A stretch of 64,000 nucleotides of DNA from Candidatus Hadarchaeum sp. (GCF_038871235.1 NZ_JAVZIN010000003.1:32001-96000); one strand, 5' to 3'; shown: positions 21,364 through 31,300, numbered from the stretch's first letter. A program made the numbers and translations. The notes: generated by a model from the sequence alone, not told the origin.

Positions 21364-21440
21364 GCGGTGGTAGTCTAGCTTGGTTAGGACACGAGCTTGC
21401 CAAGCTCGCAGCGCGGGTTCGAATCCCGCCCACCGCACCA
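21364..21440 (+). tRNA. tRNA-Gly(GCC), intronless, CCA encoded
   Basis: Acceptor GCGGTGG/CCACCGC+ACCA; anticodon arm CGAGC-TTGCCAA-GCTCG; T-loop GGTTCGAATCC; TTTTAA box upstream. Confidence 0.97.
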
Positions 21441-21536
21441 TAAAGTATTTAAATAAGTCTGTTTACGTTTTTGTAATACAAATGTGAGGATGATACCATA
21501 GATGGAGAGGTTCTGATTGGCCTCGTAGCGTATGGC

Positions 21537-22937
21537 GTGATTCTGATCGCCCTGGGTTTGTATAGTTACATCAAAGCCAAGAATAGACACACGGAAGAGG
21601 AATACTTTTTAGCTTCTCGTGAGTTGGGTTTCTGGGCTCTGGTTTGCACCGTTGGAGCCTCGTGGACGGGAATTTCGGCACTGATTTCCTATAATGCCGC
21701 CTATACTGGTGGCGTAAGCACTTGGTGGATCATGGGATTCCCAACTGTTTTCGCCACCGCCATCGTTGCTGTTTTAGCCTATAGGATCAGGAAAACAAAC
21801 GCGATTTCCCAACCCCAGATCTTCGAATGGCGATACGGACCGAAGGTCAGGATAATTCTAGCAGTGATCGGCATCTGGTACATGATGACTTGGGCGGCAT
21901 CAGAACTTATCGGTGGCGGTGAATCCCTTTCTGTAGCGTTGGGCATGCCATACTTTTTAGGAATATTGGCCATTACATTAATAATCTACTTCTATACCGT
22001 CATTGGTGGCTTCAGGGCGGTTATATACACCGACATATTTCAGTTCATTTTGCTCAACGTTGTGTGCATTGCGCTAAGCCTTATTGCCCTGAGTTCCATT
22101 GGCGGATTTGGAGCCATCGCTTTGCTCCCACAAGAGCTGGGTGTTCCGGGTTATCTGGACTTTTTTGATAACTTTAGGTATAATTTTGCTTACGCCATAT
22201 CCTTTTCCTTGGCTTGGTTCTTAGAGGCAGACATGTGGCAGAGAATACTGGGCGCTAGAAATCCCAAGCTGGCGATGAAGGCGTTCTTGGTTGCGGCAAT
22301 ATTGTTCATCCCCTTATACTTCATTTATACGCTGGGAGGTATGGCAGCGGCAAAGTTTGTGCCTGGCTTGGAAGGCGTTGGGGTTCTGCCTTCTTTAGCA
22401 AAAGCAGCATTGCCTCCCATATTGTTTGGTTTTGCCCTTGCAGGCATTTTGGCCACTGTGATGTCATCCGCCGACACCGCCATAAACTCGGGCGCTTTGT
22501 TGTTAACAGAGGACGTTTATCACAGATATATTAACAAGAAAGCAACTACCAAGGGATTATTCGTGGTGGGGCTGATTGCCACCACCGTTATAACCGTATT
22601 GGCCTTCGGCGTCGGAGTTACTCTTCCAGACATGCTGTGGGTGTTGTGGCTGGGAGCCGATATTCTGGCCTGCGGTTGTCTGGCTCCACTGATTGGTGGA
22701 TTTATCTGGAAGCGGGCAAATGAGCTAGGGGCCATTGCTGGGATGATAGTGGGAGGCGTGTTTGCATTCTACAACTACGTTGGCGATCTGTTTGGCATTG
22801 AAGTGCCCAGGCCTTGGCCTGAGTATCCGTTTTACCTTCCTGTTGGTATCCTGCTGTCAGCGATCGCCTTTATCTTAGTTTCCTTGGCCACAAAACCACA
22901 GCCTGAAAAGTTTAAGGCGTTAAAACCGAGTGATTAA
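21537..22937 (+). CDS. Sodium:solute symporter (SSS) family protein
   Basis: YFLASR, GGFRAVIYTD, WQRILGAR, ATVMSSAD; about 13 TM helices. True start may be ATA 21498. Confidence 0.92.
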   Translation: MILIALGLYSYIKAKNRHTEEEYFLASRELGFWALVCTVGASWTGISALISYNAAYTGGVSTWWIMGFPTVFATAIVAVLAYRIRKTNAISQPQIFEWRYGPKVRIILAVIGIWYMMTWAASELIGGGESLSVALGMPYFLGILAITLIIYFYTVIGGFRAVIYTDIFQFILLNVVCIALSLIALSSIGGFGAIALLPQELGVPGYLDFFDNFRYNFAYAISFSLAWFLEADMWQRILGARNPKLAMKAFLVAAILFIPLYFIYTLGGMAAAKFVPGLEGVGVLPSLAKAALPPILFGFALAGILATVMSSADTAINSGALLLTEDVYHRYINKKATTKGLFVVGLIATTVITVLAFGVGVTLPDMLWVLWLGADILACGCLAPLIGGFIWKRANELGAIAGMIVGGVFAFYNYVGDLFGIEVPRPWPEYPFYLPVGILLSAIAFILVSLATKPQPEKFKALKPSD

Positions 22938-22939
22938 AG

Positions 22940-24790
22940 ATGGCTCCAGCTCCCTGCTACTGCGGGAAGATTCTGGAGGTCGATTTGTCTAGTATCAATA
23001 TTGTTAAGCGTTCGGTGGATCCAAATGTGGTAAGGAAGCTGGTGGGTGGTAAAGGTCTGGCTGCTTGGTTGCTGTATAAAATGGTTAAGCCAGGGATTGA
23101 TCCATTTGACGAACAGAATGTGCTGATTTTTGCTACCGGTCCACTGACGGGCACCATAGCCCCTTCACAGAGGGGATTGGTCTGTGCCAAGTCCCCGCTG
23201 ACGGGAACTTTTTCTGATTCCTATTTCGGCGGCCACTTCATCCAAGAGCTCAAATACGCTGGTTATGATGCTCTGGTGGTGAAGGGAAGAGCGGAGAGGT
23301 TGAGCTATCTTTGGATCGACGATGATCACGTTGAGGTAAAGGACGCCACTACTTTGAAGGGACAGGATACTACTCAGACCAACGTTTCTATTAAGCGGGA
23401 ACTGGGGGATTCCCGGGTCAAGGTGGCCTGTATTGGTCCGGCGGGCGAGAAAAAGGTGAGGTTTGCTCTGATCGACTGTGATGTCAAGAGACAAGCGGGC
23501 CGTGGCGGTCTTGGGGCGGTGATGGGATCAAAGAACCTTAAAGCCGTGGCCATCCGCGGCACGGGCCCCGTTGAGGTGGCGAGGCCTCAAGAGTTCTTCG
23601 AAATAGCGAAAAAGTTCCACCGCATTTTAATCGAAAGCGAGGCCGTGCAGGCGGTGTGGAGCCGGTACGGTACGGCGGGGTCGGTTGAGTTCTCCAACAT
23701 GCAGGGCTTCTTCCCGACCAAGAACTTCCAAGATGGACATATCGAGAATGGTGAAAGGCTCTCAGGACTTTCGCAGAGCAAGCTGCTCTGGCTGAGGCGG
23801 GCGGCCTGCTTCTCCTGTCCGATCATCTGCTCCGCCATCTCAGTTATCAGAAATGGTCCTTACAGCGGCACGGTGTTGGACGGCATAGAGTATGAGACCA
23901 CAGGGCTACTGGGAGCCAACTGCGGACTCACCGACCCAGAGGTGGTCGCCTACGCCAACCACCTCTGTGATGAGCTCGGTCTGGACACCATCACTGCTGG
24001 TGGCGTGATCGGTTTCACCATGGAACTGTTCGAGAGAAGGATCTGGAGACACCCAGAGCTGGAGGCGCTGAGACTGAGATTTGGCAACGCTGAGGCAGTG
24101 CTCGAGCTGATTAGTAAGATAGCCTACCGTGAAGGAGTTGGTGATTTGCTGGCTGAGGGGGTGAAGCTAGTCGCGGAGAAGGTTGGAGGAAGTGCTAAGG
24201 ATTACGCTATACACATCAAAGGATTGGAGACCCCAGCTTGGCCACCCCGAGGTTCTCCAGGGATGGGGCTAGCACTAGCGACTGCTGACAGAGGCGGTTG
24301 TCACGAGAGAGGATGGCCGGTGGGCTATGAAGTTGAGGGAATTCCCGGGCCTTCTGGTCCGGTGGAGCGTCTGTCGCTCCAAGGTAAGGCCGAGATAGTA
24401 AAGTGGGAGCAGGACTGGTTTGCTGCGGTTGACACCTTGGTTGGCTGCGATTTCAGCCGAACCGGACTCACGCCGGAGCATTCAGCACAACTTCTTTCTG
24501 CAGCCACTGGATGGGACATCAGTGCTGACGAATTCCTGAGAATTGGTGAGCGAGTTTGGAACTTAACACGAATGTTTAATGTCCGCGAGGGCTTCACACG
24601 GAAGGATGATGACCTGCCTAGACGATTTAAGGAGGAGCCGCTACCCTTCGGACCAGCAAAAGGGCACATGGTCAGTTCCAGCGATCTGAACCGGATGCTT
24701 GATGATTATTACAAGTTAAGGAAATGGGACTCGAACGGAGTGCCGACAAAGGAGAAGCTGGCGGAGCTGGGCCTTGAGGAGTTCCTGTGA
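22940..24790 (+). CDS. aor: Tungsten aldehyde:ferredoxin oxidoreductase family
   Basis: AKSPLTG, GRGGLGAVMGSKNLKA, CFSCPIIC, EYET, DELGLDTI, RGGCH. Confidence 0.93.
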   Translation: MAPAPCYCGKILEVDLSSINIVKRSVDPNVVRKLVGGKGLAAWLLYKMVKPGIDPFDEQNVLIFATGPLTGTIAPSQRGLVCAKSPLTGTFSDSYFGGHFIQELKYAGYDALVVKGRAERLSYLWIDDDHVEVKDATTLKGQDTTQTNVSIKRELGDSRVKVACIGPAGEKKVRFALIDCDVKRQAGRGGLGAVMGSKNLKAVAIRGTGPVEVARPQEFFEIAKKFHRILIESEAVQAVWSRYGTAGSVEFSNMQGFFPTKNFQDGHIENGERLSGLSQSKLLWLRRAACFSCPIICSAISVIRNGPYSGTVLDGIEYETTGLLGANCGLTDPEVVAYANHLCDELGLDTITAGGVIGFTMELFERRIWRHPELEALRLRFGNAEAVLELISKIAYREGVGDLLAEGVKLVAEKVGGSAKDYAIHIKGLETPAWPPRGSPGMGLALATADRGGCHERGWPVGYEVEGIPGPSGPVERLSLQGKAEIVKWEQDWFAAVDTLVGCDFSRTGLTPEHSAQLLSAATGWDISADEFLRIGERVWNLTRMFNVREGFTRKDDDLPRRFKEEPLPFGPAKGHMVSSSDLNRMLDDYYKLRKWDSNGVPTKEKLAELGLEEFL

Positions 24791-24800
24791 GGTAGGTCCT

Positions 24801-25211
24801 ATGCCAATCAAGCTGGAAATTCACCCGGAAAAATGCGTTGGCTGCAGGTCATGTGAGCTGGCTTGTTCCTTCAAAAAGACCGGCGTGTTTAGCCCGAGTC
24901 AGTCGCGGATATCGGTCACGATCAGCAACCCTCGGACAATAATGTATCCTGTGGCCTGCATCCAGTGCGTCGAGCAGTCATGCGTCAAGGCCTGTCCGGT
25001 TGGGGCGCTAAGAAAAGACGAGGTCACCAACGCCATTGTCTTTGACCGCGATATCTGTACGGGCTGCGGCCTGTGTGTGAAAAGCTGTCCGTATTCAGCG
25101 ATAAGGATGGATGAAAGGAGCAGAAAGCCCCTGATTTGCGATCTTTGCGGCGGTGATCCCGAGTGTGTAAAGTGGTGCCCCACTGCCGCTCTTGAAGCCA
25201 AAAGAGTTTGA
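24801..25211 (+). CDS. Multi-[4Fe-4S] ferredoxin-like subunit (DmsB/HydN type)
   Basis: CVGCRSCELAC, CIQC...C..ACP, CTGCGLCVKSCP, CDLC...CVKWCP. Confidence 0.92.
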   Translation: MPIKLEIHPEKCVGCRSCELACSFKKTGVFSPSQSRISVTISNPRTIMYPVACIQCVEQSCVKACPVGALRKDEVTNAIVFDRDICTGCGLCVKSCPYSAIRMDERSRKPLICDLCGGDPECVKWCPTAALEAKRV

Positions 25212-25237
25212 AGTTCTAGTTGTTCGCTCAGTCTAGT

Positions 25238-26446
25238 TCAGATATTTCCTTCCCAAATATCTCTTAGCAATGCCTTGATATTTTCTAGCGTAATTACTGC
25301 AGGATTGATATCGGGCAGTCCGTAGTTGTACTGTTGTTCCTTGGCGATGAAAGCGGCCAGTTCATCCAAGTCTTCACGTGGGACGTTTAACTCCTTCAGA
25401 CTGATGGGCATGTTGAGGTCTAGGAGCAGCTCCTTGAGTCCCTCGACCACTTGAAGCGCTCTTTTTTTCACATCTTTCGCCGGTTCATCGGTGAAGAATT
25501 GTGCCAGCGAGGCGACCCTCTCCGGCCAAGCGGCGATATTGAATTTAGTTATATAAGGCAGAACCAAGCCGCAGGCGGCTCCATGAGGTATGTGGTAACG
25601 GGGACCAATGGTTTCACCAAGACAGTGGCCAATGTTGACGGCAGCAGGTGTGGTTATCGCGATGCCTCCGTAGGTGGCTGCCAAGGCCATGCCTGCTCTC
25701 GCGACCAGATCTTTTCCGTGATGATAGGCCCTTCTCAGATGCCTAGCGGCGAGTTCCACAGCCCGGTAGGCGTAGGTGTCTGAGAACATGTTAGCCGTGA
25801 ATGAAAGAACGGCCTCAACTCCATGGGAGAGGGCATCAAGTCCGGTGTGCGCAGTCAGTTTCGGTGGCATCGACTGAGAAAGAGTTGGGTCAACAATGGC
25901 TACTTCCGAGACGATTTTTGGACTCATCACGAAACCCTTGTAGCCCTTCTCTTCAATAACCACCGCGTAACCCGAGGCCTCGCTGCCGGTACCGGCGGTG
26001 GTGGGGATGAGTATCTTGGGGACTGGTTGCACCTTTATGCTGTCCTGAAGGTAGGTGATGTAGTCTTTCATTGGTCCCGGGTTGGTGACGGCAGCGGAGG
26101 CAAATTTAGCCATATCTAGAGCACTGCCGCCTCCAAAGCCGATGACCAAGGCTGGCTTTTCGGCTCTAGCCTTTTCAGCAACCTTCTCCACCATGCTTAT
26201 GGTGGGTTCTTGCGTGGCTTGGTCATAAACGGTCAGGGTGTATTTTTCTTCCTCCAGTGGTTTTAGGATCCTGTTCACCAGCCCTATGTTGATTAGGTTC
26301 TTGTCGGTTACGATCAGGATTTTAGAACCCTTCAGAGCTAAGGGCTCTATTTCGCGGCAAATGTTATCAACCGCATTTGGTCCAAAGATATACTTTTTTG
26401 GGTAATTGAACTCCACATATCCAATATTTGAGATTTCCTCAGACAT
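25238..26446 (-). CDS. Iron-containing alcohol dehydrogenase family
   Basis: GGGSALD, PTTAGTGSE, DALSHGVE, GHC...HG. Confidence 0.92.
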   Translation of the reverse strand: MSEEISNIGYVEFNYPKKYIFGPNAVDNICREIEPLALKGSKILIVTDKNLINIGLVNRILKPLEEEKYTLTVYDQATQEPTISMVEKVAEKARAEKPALVIGFGGGSALDMAKFASAAVTNPGPMKDYITYLQDSIKVQPVPKILIPTTAGTGSEASGYAVVIEEKGYKGFVMSPKIVSEVAIVDPTLSQSMPPKLTAHTGLDALSHGVEAVLSFTANMFSDTYAYRAVELAARHLRRAYHHGKDLVARAGMALAATYGGIAITTPAAVNIGHCLGETIGPRYHIPHGAACGLVLPYITKFNIAAWPERVASLAQFFTDEPAKDVKKRALQVVEGLKELLLDLNMPISLKELNVPREDLDELAAFIAKEQQYNYGLPDINPAVITLENIKALLRDIWEGNI

Positions 26447-26511
26447 GGGTGAAGTTCACACGTTAGTAAATAAAAATGTTTTGTCCAAATTTTTTGAAAT
26501 TTTTAATCGGA

Positions 26512-27894
26512 CTAAATAAGAACAGGCACGCCTAGATCTATTATTTTCTTTTTCACGTTATTATACAGTTCAGTGTATTCTTTAGTTGGTACCACACGCT
26601 TGATGTCGTAACATTCTTGGAATTTTTTACCCAGCGGGGCGTCTTTGATCTTCCCCTCGTATTCTTTCAAGAGTTTCTTAGCTAACTCGTTTGTCTCATC
26701 CCTCTTTAATCCCGCCTTGGCTGCAGCGCGGCCTACCTCACAGGCCATTCTTGCTTCCACAGGGGTGGTCCTATCTTTGTATTTATTCCTTGCTGCAAAA
26801 AATTCCCAGAGGTTAGCACCGGAGACGGTGCTTACTAAACCATGGGTGGCGGCCTCAAGGAGTACCATCTCTGTGCATGGTCCAGCAGCGCCGATACCGT
26901 TTGACATGCTAAGGAAGGGAGAATTTCTTGCTAAAGCTTGATAGACCAAGCTGATCATCCAAAGAAGATTTCTTGAGGTATTATTGAGTTGATTTATATC
27001 AAAGGGGAAAAACGTGTCGAGGTGTCCTTGATTCACCATTAATCCCTGTAAATGAGTCGCCACGCTAACTATTGCTGTGCCTTCTACACCACCGGCATAT
27101 CCGCCAACCATCGGACCAAATAATGACATGATGATGTATCCGCATTTGTGGAAGTTGACCATTCTGTTAAGACCTCCCCAGTCGATCTTCAGTTCTGATA
27201 TCGTTCCGACCATTCTGCCATCGGTAGTCCTAACGCCCCATTCGGGATTGCTCACAGAGATTTGGGCGGTGTCCGACAGCGCGGTTTGAACATCCGCCAA
27301 GTATATGTTTGGCCTGCCCACTCGCCTCACCGCTTCCCTTATCATCAAGGCATGTGCTCCAGCTCCAGCAACATCAGTTGGTGCTTTTGACCTTACCTTT
27401 TCACCCCACAGTTCATCAAGCACTCCCGCCCCGACGCCATCCGCAAGCGGTTCCAGCGCGTAGGCCATTTCAACGATGGCGAAAAGTTCCTCGGAAAAAG
27501 GCAGGCTCGGGCTGAACACGCAAAAAGGTCTTCTTCTGTCTTCAATATCCCTGTGATATACTTCCCTTCTTTCCGTTCCAGATCCGACCACAATTTTTTC
27601 CGGAAAGCTGATCAAGGCTTCCTTTATCTCTTCTTCGGTAAACATGATTCTTCTGGAGGTCTCGAGGCACAGGGTCCCCGTGTGCAGGTAGAGTTCTAAG
27701 CCTGCCTTCCAGAGATCGTCTGCCAAGCTGTTGTCCGATGGAATAATGGTTTCACCATCGAACTTTATATCATACTCCTTTATCAACTCCTTAATCTTTG
27801 GAAACAGTATTTTTGTATCGAAGTCTTTTTCCATACACAAGGGGCCGTTTTCAGATCTTCTTAAAACTTCAGGTATTCTCCAGGGTGGTGCCAT
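26512..27894 (-). CDS. MtmB-family methylamine:corrinoid methyltransferase homolog, pyrrolysine-free
   Basis: ADDLWKAG, GGYAGGVEG, AGPCTEM, GKKFQECYD match MtmB. No in-frame TAG; GRPNIYL-A-DVQTALS at the Pyl position. Confidence 0.88.
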   Translation of the reverse strand: MAPPWRIPEVLRRSENGPLCMEKDFDTKILFPKIKELIKEYDIKFDGETIIPSDNSLADDLWKAGLELYLHTGTLCLETSRRIMFTEEEIKEALISFPEKIVVGSGTERREVYHRDIEDRRRPFCVFSPSLPFSEELFAIVEMAYALEPLADGVGAGVLDELWGEKVRSKAPTDVAGAGAHALMIREAVRRVGRPNIYLADVQTALSDTAQISVSNPEWGVRTTDGRMVGTISELKIDWGGLNRMVNFHKCGYIIMSLFGPMVGGYAGGVEGTAIVSVATHLQGLMVNQGHLDTFFPFDINQLNNTSRNLLWMISLVYQALARNSPFLSMSNGIGAAGPCTEMVLLEAATHGLVSTVSGANLWEFFAARNKYKDRTTPVEARMACEVGRAAAKAGLKRDETNELAKKLLKEYEGKIKDAPLGKKFQECYDIKRVVPTKEYTELYNNVKKKIIDLGVPVLI

Positions 27895-27895
27895 T

Positions 27896-28558
27896 TCACG
27901 CTCCTCCTTTTAACATTAGTTCTTTAGCTATATTCACACCCTTAACGGCAGAATCCGCCCATCCATCAGCACCTATCTCCTCCGCCCACTCCTTAGTTAC
28001 AGGTGCGCCCCCAATCAGAACGAGGAATTTCTCCTTCTGCGAGATGCCCTTTAAGATTTCGATGACCTCCCTTTGGGAGGGCATGGATGTCGTCATTAGT
28101 GCCGATAGAGCGATGATGTCTGCTTTTGTTTCGTTTGCCCTTTTGACCACTTCTAGAGAGGGCACATCTCTTCCGAGATCGTAAACCTCAAATCCGTTTA
28201 CTTTAAGGAGAAAAGCCACAATGTTTTTCCCAATATCGTGGATGTCACCAGCAACTGTAGCGATTACCACCTTTCCGAATTTTCTTTCCGCGGCCATCAA
28301 TTTTCTCTTTTCAATTTCTGACATTATCACGTCAGACGCAGCTTTCATGACATCCGCGATTAGCATTAGCTCAGGTAAAAATAGCTCTCCGTTTTCATAT
28401 TTCTCTCCCAAAGTTTTCGCTATGGAAGCAAACTCATCAAAAATTTTAGTTGGCTCAATATTTTTGTTTAAAATCTCTACAACAACAGACTTAGCGACAT
28501 CTTCATTATACTCAAAGATACTTTGTCTCAGTTTTTCGAACAGTTCATCATTACTCAT
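27896..28558 (-). CDS. Methyltransferase cognate corrinoid protein (MtmC/MtbC family)
   Basis: LFLPEL cap, GDIHDIGKNIV B12-binding motif, SALMTT, GGAP. Confidence 0.95.
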   Translation of the reverse strand: MSNDELFEKLRQSIFEYNEDVAKSVVVEILNKNIEPTKIFDEFASIAKTLGEKYENGELFLPELMLIADVMKAASDVIMSEIEKRKLMAAERKFGKVVIATVAGDIHDIGKNIVAFLLKVNGFEVYDLGRDVPSLEVVKRANETKADIIALSALMTTSMPSQREVIEILKGISQKEKFLVLIGGAPVTKEWAEEIGADGWADSAVKGVNIAKELMLKGGA

Positions 28559-29988
28559 TTCTTTCCCTTTGCGCCTGCTTTCTCAAGTTTACTGATTCCA
28601 ACGTATAGAACGACAGATATTGCCATTCCTATTACTGCATTTTCAATCCAGTTGAATATGTAGATATATTCCAAATAGATGTAGATGATATAGGTTACTA
28701 TAATCGAGATCAGCGCCCCGTTTCTCGTACCTCCCTCCTTCCAAAATAGTCTCAAAAATAGCGGCCCGGTTAGAACCGCAGCCAAGCCTGTTGAGCCAAT
28801 GATCGCCAGATATGCAAGCAGCTCCGGTGGCCTAGTAATCACCCAAGTGAGGCTGCACAGAGCGAGAATTATCACCAATAATCTTGACACCCAGAACCGT
28901 GTACGGTCAGAAACTTTGTATTTTTCCCACACTGGTTTTAGCGCCGTTTCAAAATTTGCGCATGAAGCTATCAGATAGGAGTCCACGCTTGAAATTATTG
29001 CGTTTACAATACCAAGGGAGCCAAAGACCATAAGAGCCTCTGGCAAGTAGCGGCTAAACATTTCCGGCAAGGCTGTATCTGGATCGGCTAGTCCAGGTAA
29101 AACCACTCTTGCCGTTAGACCAACCAATACCGGAAAAGAGGTTAATAGTGTTAGCAAGGAAACAATTGTCGCTACGGTCGCTCTTCTTGTTGCAGGCATC
29201 TCGGCAACGGAGATATATTTCTGTGAGAATGACGGCGCAAATTGGAAGGCCGTATATGCGATCACGATAGCTACAAAGGTCCAAGGAACGGTGCTTGCAT
29301 ATGGCACTCCGGTTGTTGGATAGACCAGTTCAGGATCTATAGCAGCAGCTCTTTCAAAAAGAGGGCCGAAACCGCCGACTGCGGCAAAGATTATGTATAT
29401 GCATAAAAAGCAAGCAGCAATCATCCATACTATTGAAACTACATCGGTGTACATGACTGCTCTGAGACCGCCTTGCGTCACGTAGATTATGGTAATAATC
29501 ATAAACACTAAAATGGCAAACAGAGTCGGAATTCCAAGCATTCTGGACAAAATTGCACCTGCGGCTTTAAATTGTGCAGTGACGAACATCATGTACATTA
29601 TGAAAATAAGTGCAGCAACTAAAGCTCTTAAGGCGTTGCTATCTCCATGAGTGTAACCAATTAGGTCGCCGATTGACGTGGCTTTATATTTTGCGATCCA
29701 GCTCTTGTAATACGGCACGGCAAAATAGACGACTAAAAATATTCCCGGAATCCACGCTATTGGTGTGGATAATAGTTCGATGACTCCGTAAGAATATCCG
29801 ACGCCAGGGGCCCCTATATAAGCCCACCCACTTGCGGAGGCAGCGGCAAGAGAGCAGGCAAACAAATAGGGTGATAATCTCCAGCCACCGGTAAAAAACT
29901 CCTCCCTCGTCATCGTTCTTCGCATCGCCAAAGTTCCCAGACCTATCATCAATATTATGAACGCTATTAAACCGATCCAAGCAATCAT
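28555..29988 (-). CDS. Sodium:solute symporter (PutP/PanF-like)
   Basis: SGWAYIGAPG, GGLRAVMYTD, AIISSVDS. Confidence 0.92.
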   Translation of the reverse strand: MIAWIGLIAFIILMIGLGTLAMRRTMTREEFFTGGWRLSPYLFACSLAAASASGWAYIGAPGVGYSYGVIELLSTPIAWIPGIFLVVYFAVPYYKSWIAKYKATSIGDLIGYTHGDSNALRALVAALIFIMYMMFVTAQFKAAGAILSRMLGIPTLFAILVFMIITIIYVTQGGLRAVMYTDVVSIVWMIAACFLCIYIIFAAVGGFGPLFERAAAIDPELVYPTTGVPYASTVPWTFVAIVIAYTAFQFAPSFSQKYISVAEMPATRRATVATIVSLLTLLTSFPVLVGLTARVVLPGLADPDTALPEMFSRYLPEALMVFGSLGIVNAIISSVDSYLIASCANFETALKPVWEKYKVSDRTRFWVSRLLVIILALCSLTWVITRPPELLAYLAIIGSTGLAAVLTGPLFLRLFWKEGGTRNGALISIIVTYIIYIYLEYIYIFNWIENAVIGMAISVVLYVGISKLEKAGAKGKK

Positions 29989-30000
29989 ATCAATTCACCC

Positions 30001-30183
30001 TTATTTTTTGCCTTCCTCCTGTTTTCTTGCGATGAGATAGCAGATAACCCCCACCAAAAACCATACTGGAAAAGAGACCCAAATCGAAGCACCTATGGAA
30101 ACAAAACTTGCGGTGACAAACACAATTATTATACCGATCAACGTAACAAGAAAGTACAACATTTCTTCTTTCATCACTATCAA
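30001..30183 (-). CDS. Small two-TM protein, likely SSS accessory subunit
   Basis: Two hydrophobic helices immediately upstream of the SSS gene. Confidence 0.6.
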   Translation of the reverse strand: MIVMKEEMLYFLVTLIGIIIVFVTASFVSIGASIWVSFPVWFLVGVICYLIARKQEEGKK

Positions 30184-30293
30184 TAAAAAAATTGAAAATC
30201 GATTTTTATAAAAAGTTTGGAATCACAGGTACTAAATTTTAATTCTAACCTGAAATTCAAAAACGATTTTATTGATTCAAGAGAGGAAATTCG

Positions 30294-30479
30294 ATGTCAA
30301 AATTGGATGATATCCTTAGTGTATTTGATGATGGTAAAGTGCATGGAGTAGAGGAGATCATCAAAAGATTTTCACTACCCGGTGATGTGGTTTTAAAGGT
30401 GCTTTATTTTTTAGCCGAGTTTGGGTTCATTAATTTTGATGGAACCCAAGGAAAAAGTACGGACTTTTCTAAAAAATGA
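30294..30479 (+). CDS. Small winged-helix protein
   Basis: DDGKVHGVEEI...VLYFLAEFGFI wHTH pattern; GAGG RBS. Confidence 0.6.
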   Translation: MSKLDDILSVFDDGKVHGVEEIIKRFSLPGDVVLKVLYFLAEFGFINFDGTQGKSTDFSKK

Positions 30480-30485
30480 TTTCTA

Positions 30486-30794
30486 TTAAAGCTGAAGAAG
30501 ATTCTGAATTTCATTATATTTTTTCAAAAACTCATTTCCCTTCTCAGTGACCGACCATTTAATCGGGTGGGTTTTTTCAATCTTTATCAGCCCCATCCTA
30601 AGTAACTCATCCAGATATTTTTGGCATCGGTTGAAGTTCAGATTGGCGCGGTAGACAATGTGGCTTTTTCTTGAGCAAGTTCCTATGGCATTTAAAATAT
30701 CTACATATAAGGTGATTATATTTCTCCTTTTCCTATCGGAGTTGACCTCCTTCAATTTGCCCGCCTTCTCAGATGTGTTTCTGCTGGCACACAT
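30486..30794 (-). CDS. Archaeal winged-helix regulator (HTH_45 type)
   Basis: RRNIITLYVDIL, KSHIVYRANLN, VTEKGNEFL. Confidence 0.88.
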   Translation of the reverse strand: MCASRNTSEKAGKLKEVNSDRKRRNIITLYVDILNAIGTCSRKSHIVYRANLNFNRCQKYLDELLRMGLIKIEKTHPIKWSVTEKGNEFLKKYNEIQNLLQL

Positions 30795-30889
30795 CCATGG
30801 TTGAGTTTACTTAGTGGTGTATAAAAAGGTAACAATCGACTGGCCCATTTGCAATTGGCCAATGCCTGAAGAAAAGAATTAACTTGGGT

Positions 30890-31300
30890 TCACCTGTGGT
30901 CGGAATCTAAATCTTTTTCAGGATTTGGTTTTAATTCAGACCCTTCTCCATGGACAACGATCTGCAGCTTTTTCTTCAGCTGCTCCCGGATCTGATCCAT
31001 GATTAAAAAATCCGTCTCAATCCTCTTTTTCAGGGCTTGCATTTTTTTCTCCAGTCTTTCAAGTTCTTCCATTTCACGTTGAAGATTTTCTAAAGTTGAG
31101 CCCAGCCTTGCTAAGACATGTAACTGTTCGTAGGCGTCGCTAGGGTTGTTCAACATTCCACGTTTCGATGCATCCGCCATGTTGTCTTTTATCTGATTTA
31201 ACAGTTTTTCCATCTTGGTTAGCTTTTCTTTGGGGATTATCATTGAGTCTAGCGTTGTCGTAATCTCTGCCCACAGTTTAGCGATTTCCTCAGTGCCCAA
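30890..31300 (-). CDS. Hypothetical coiled-coil protein
   Basis: 136-aa heptad-rich ORF, divergent from the PadR gene. Confidence 0.6.
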   Translation of the reverse strand: MGTEEIAKLWAEITTTLDSMIIPKEKLTKMEKLLNQIKDNMADASKRGMLNNPSDAYEQLHVLARLGSTLENLQREMEELERLEKKMQALKKRIETDFLIMDQIREQLKKKLQIVVHGEGSELKPNPEKDLDSDHR

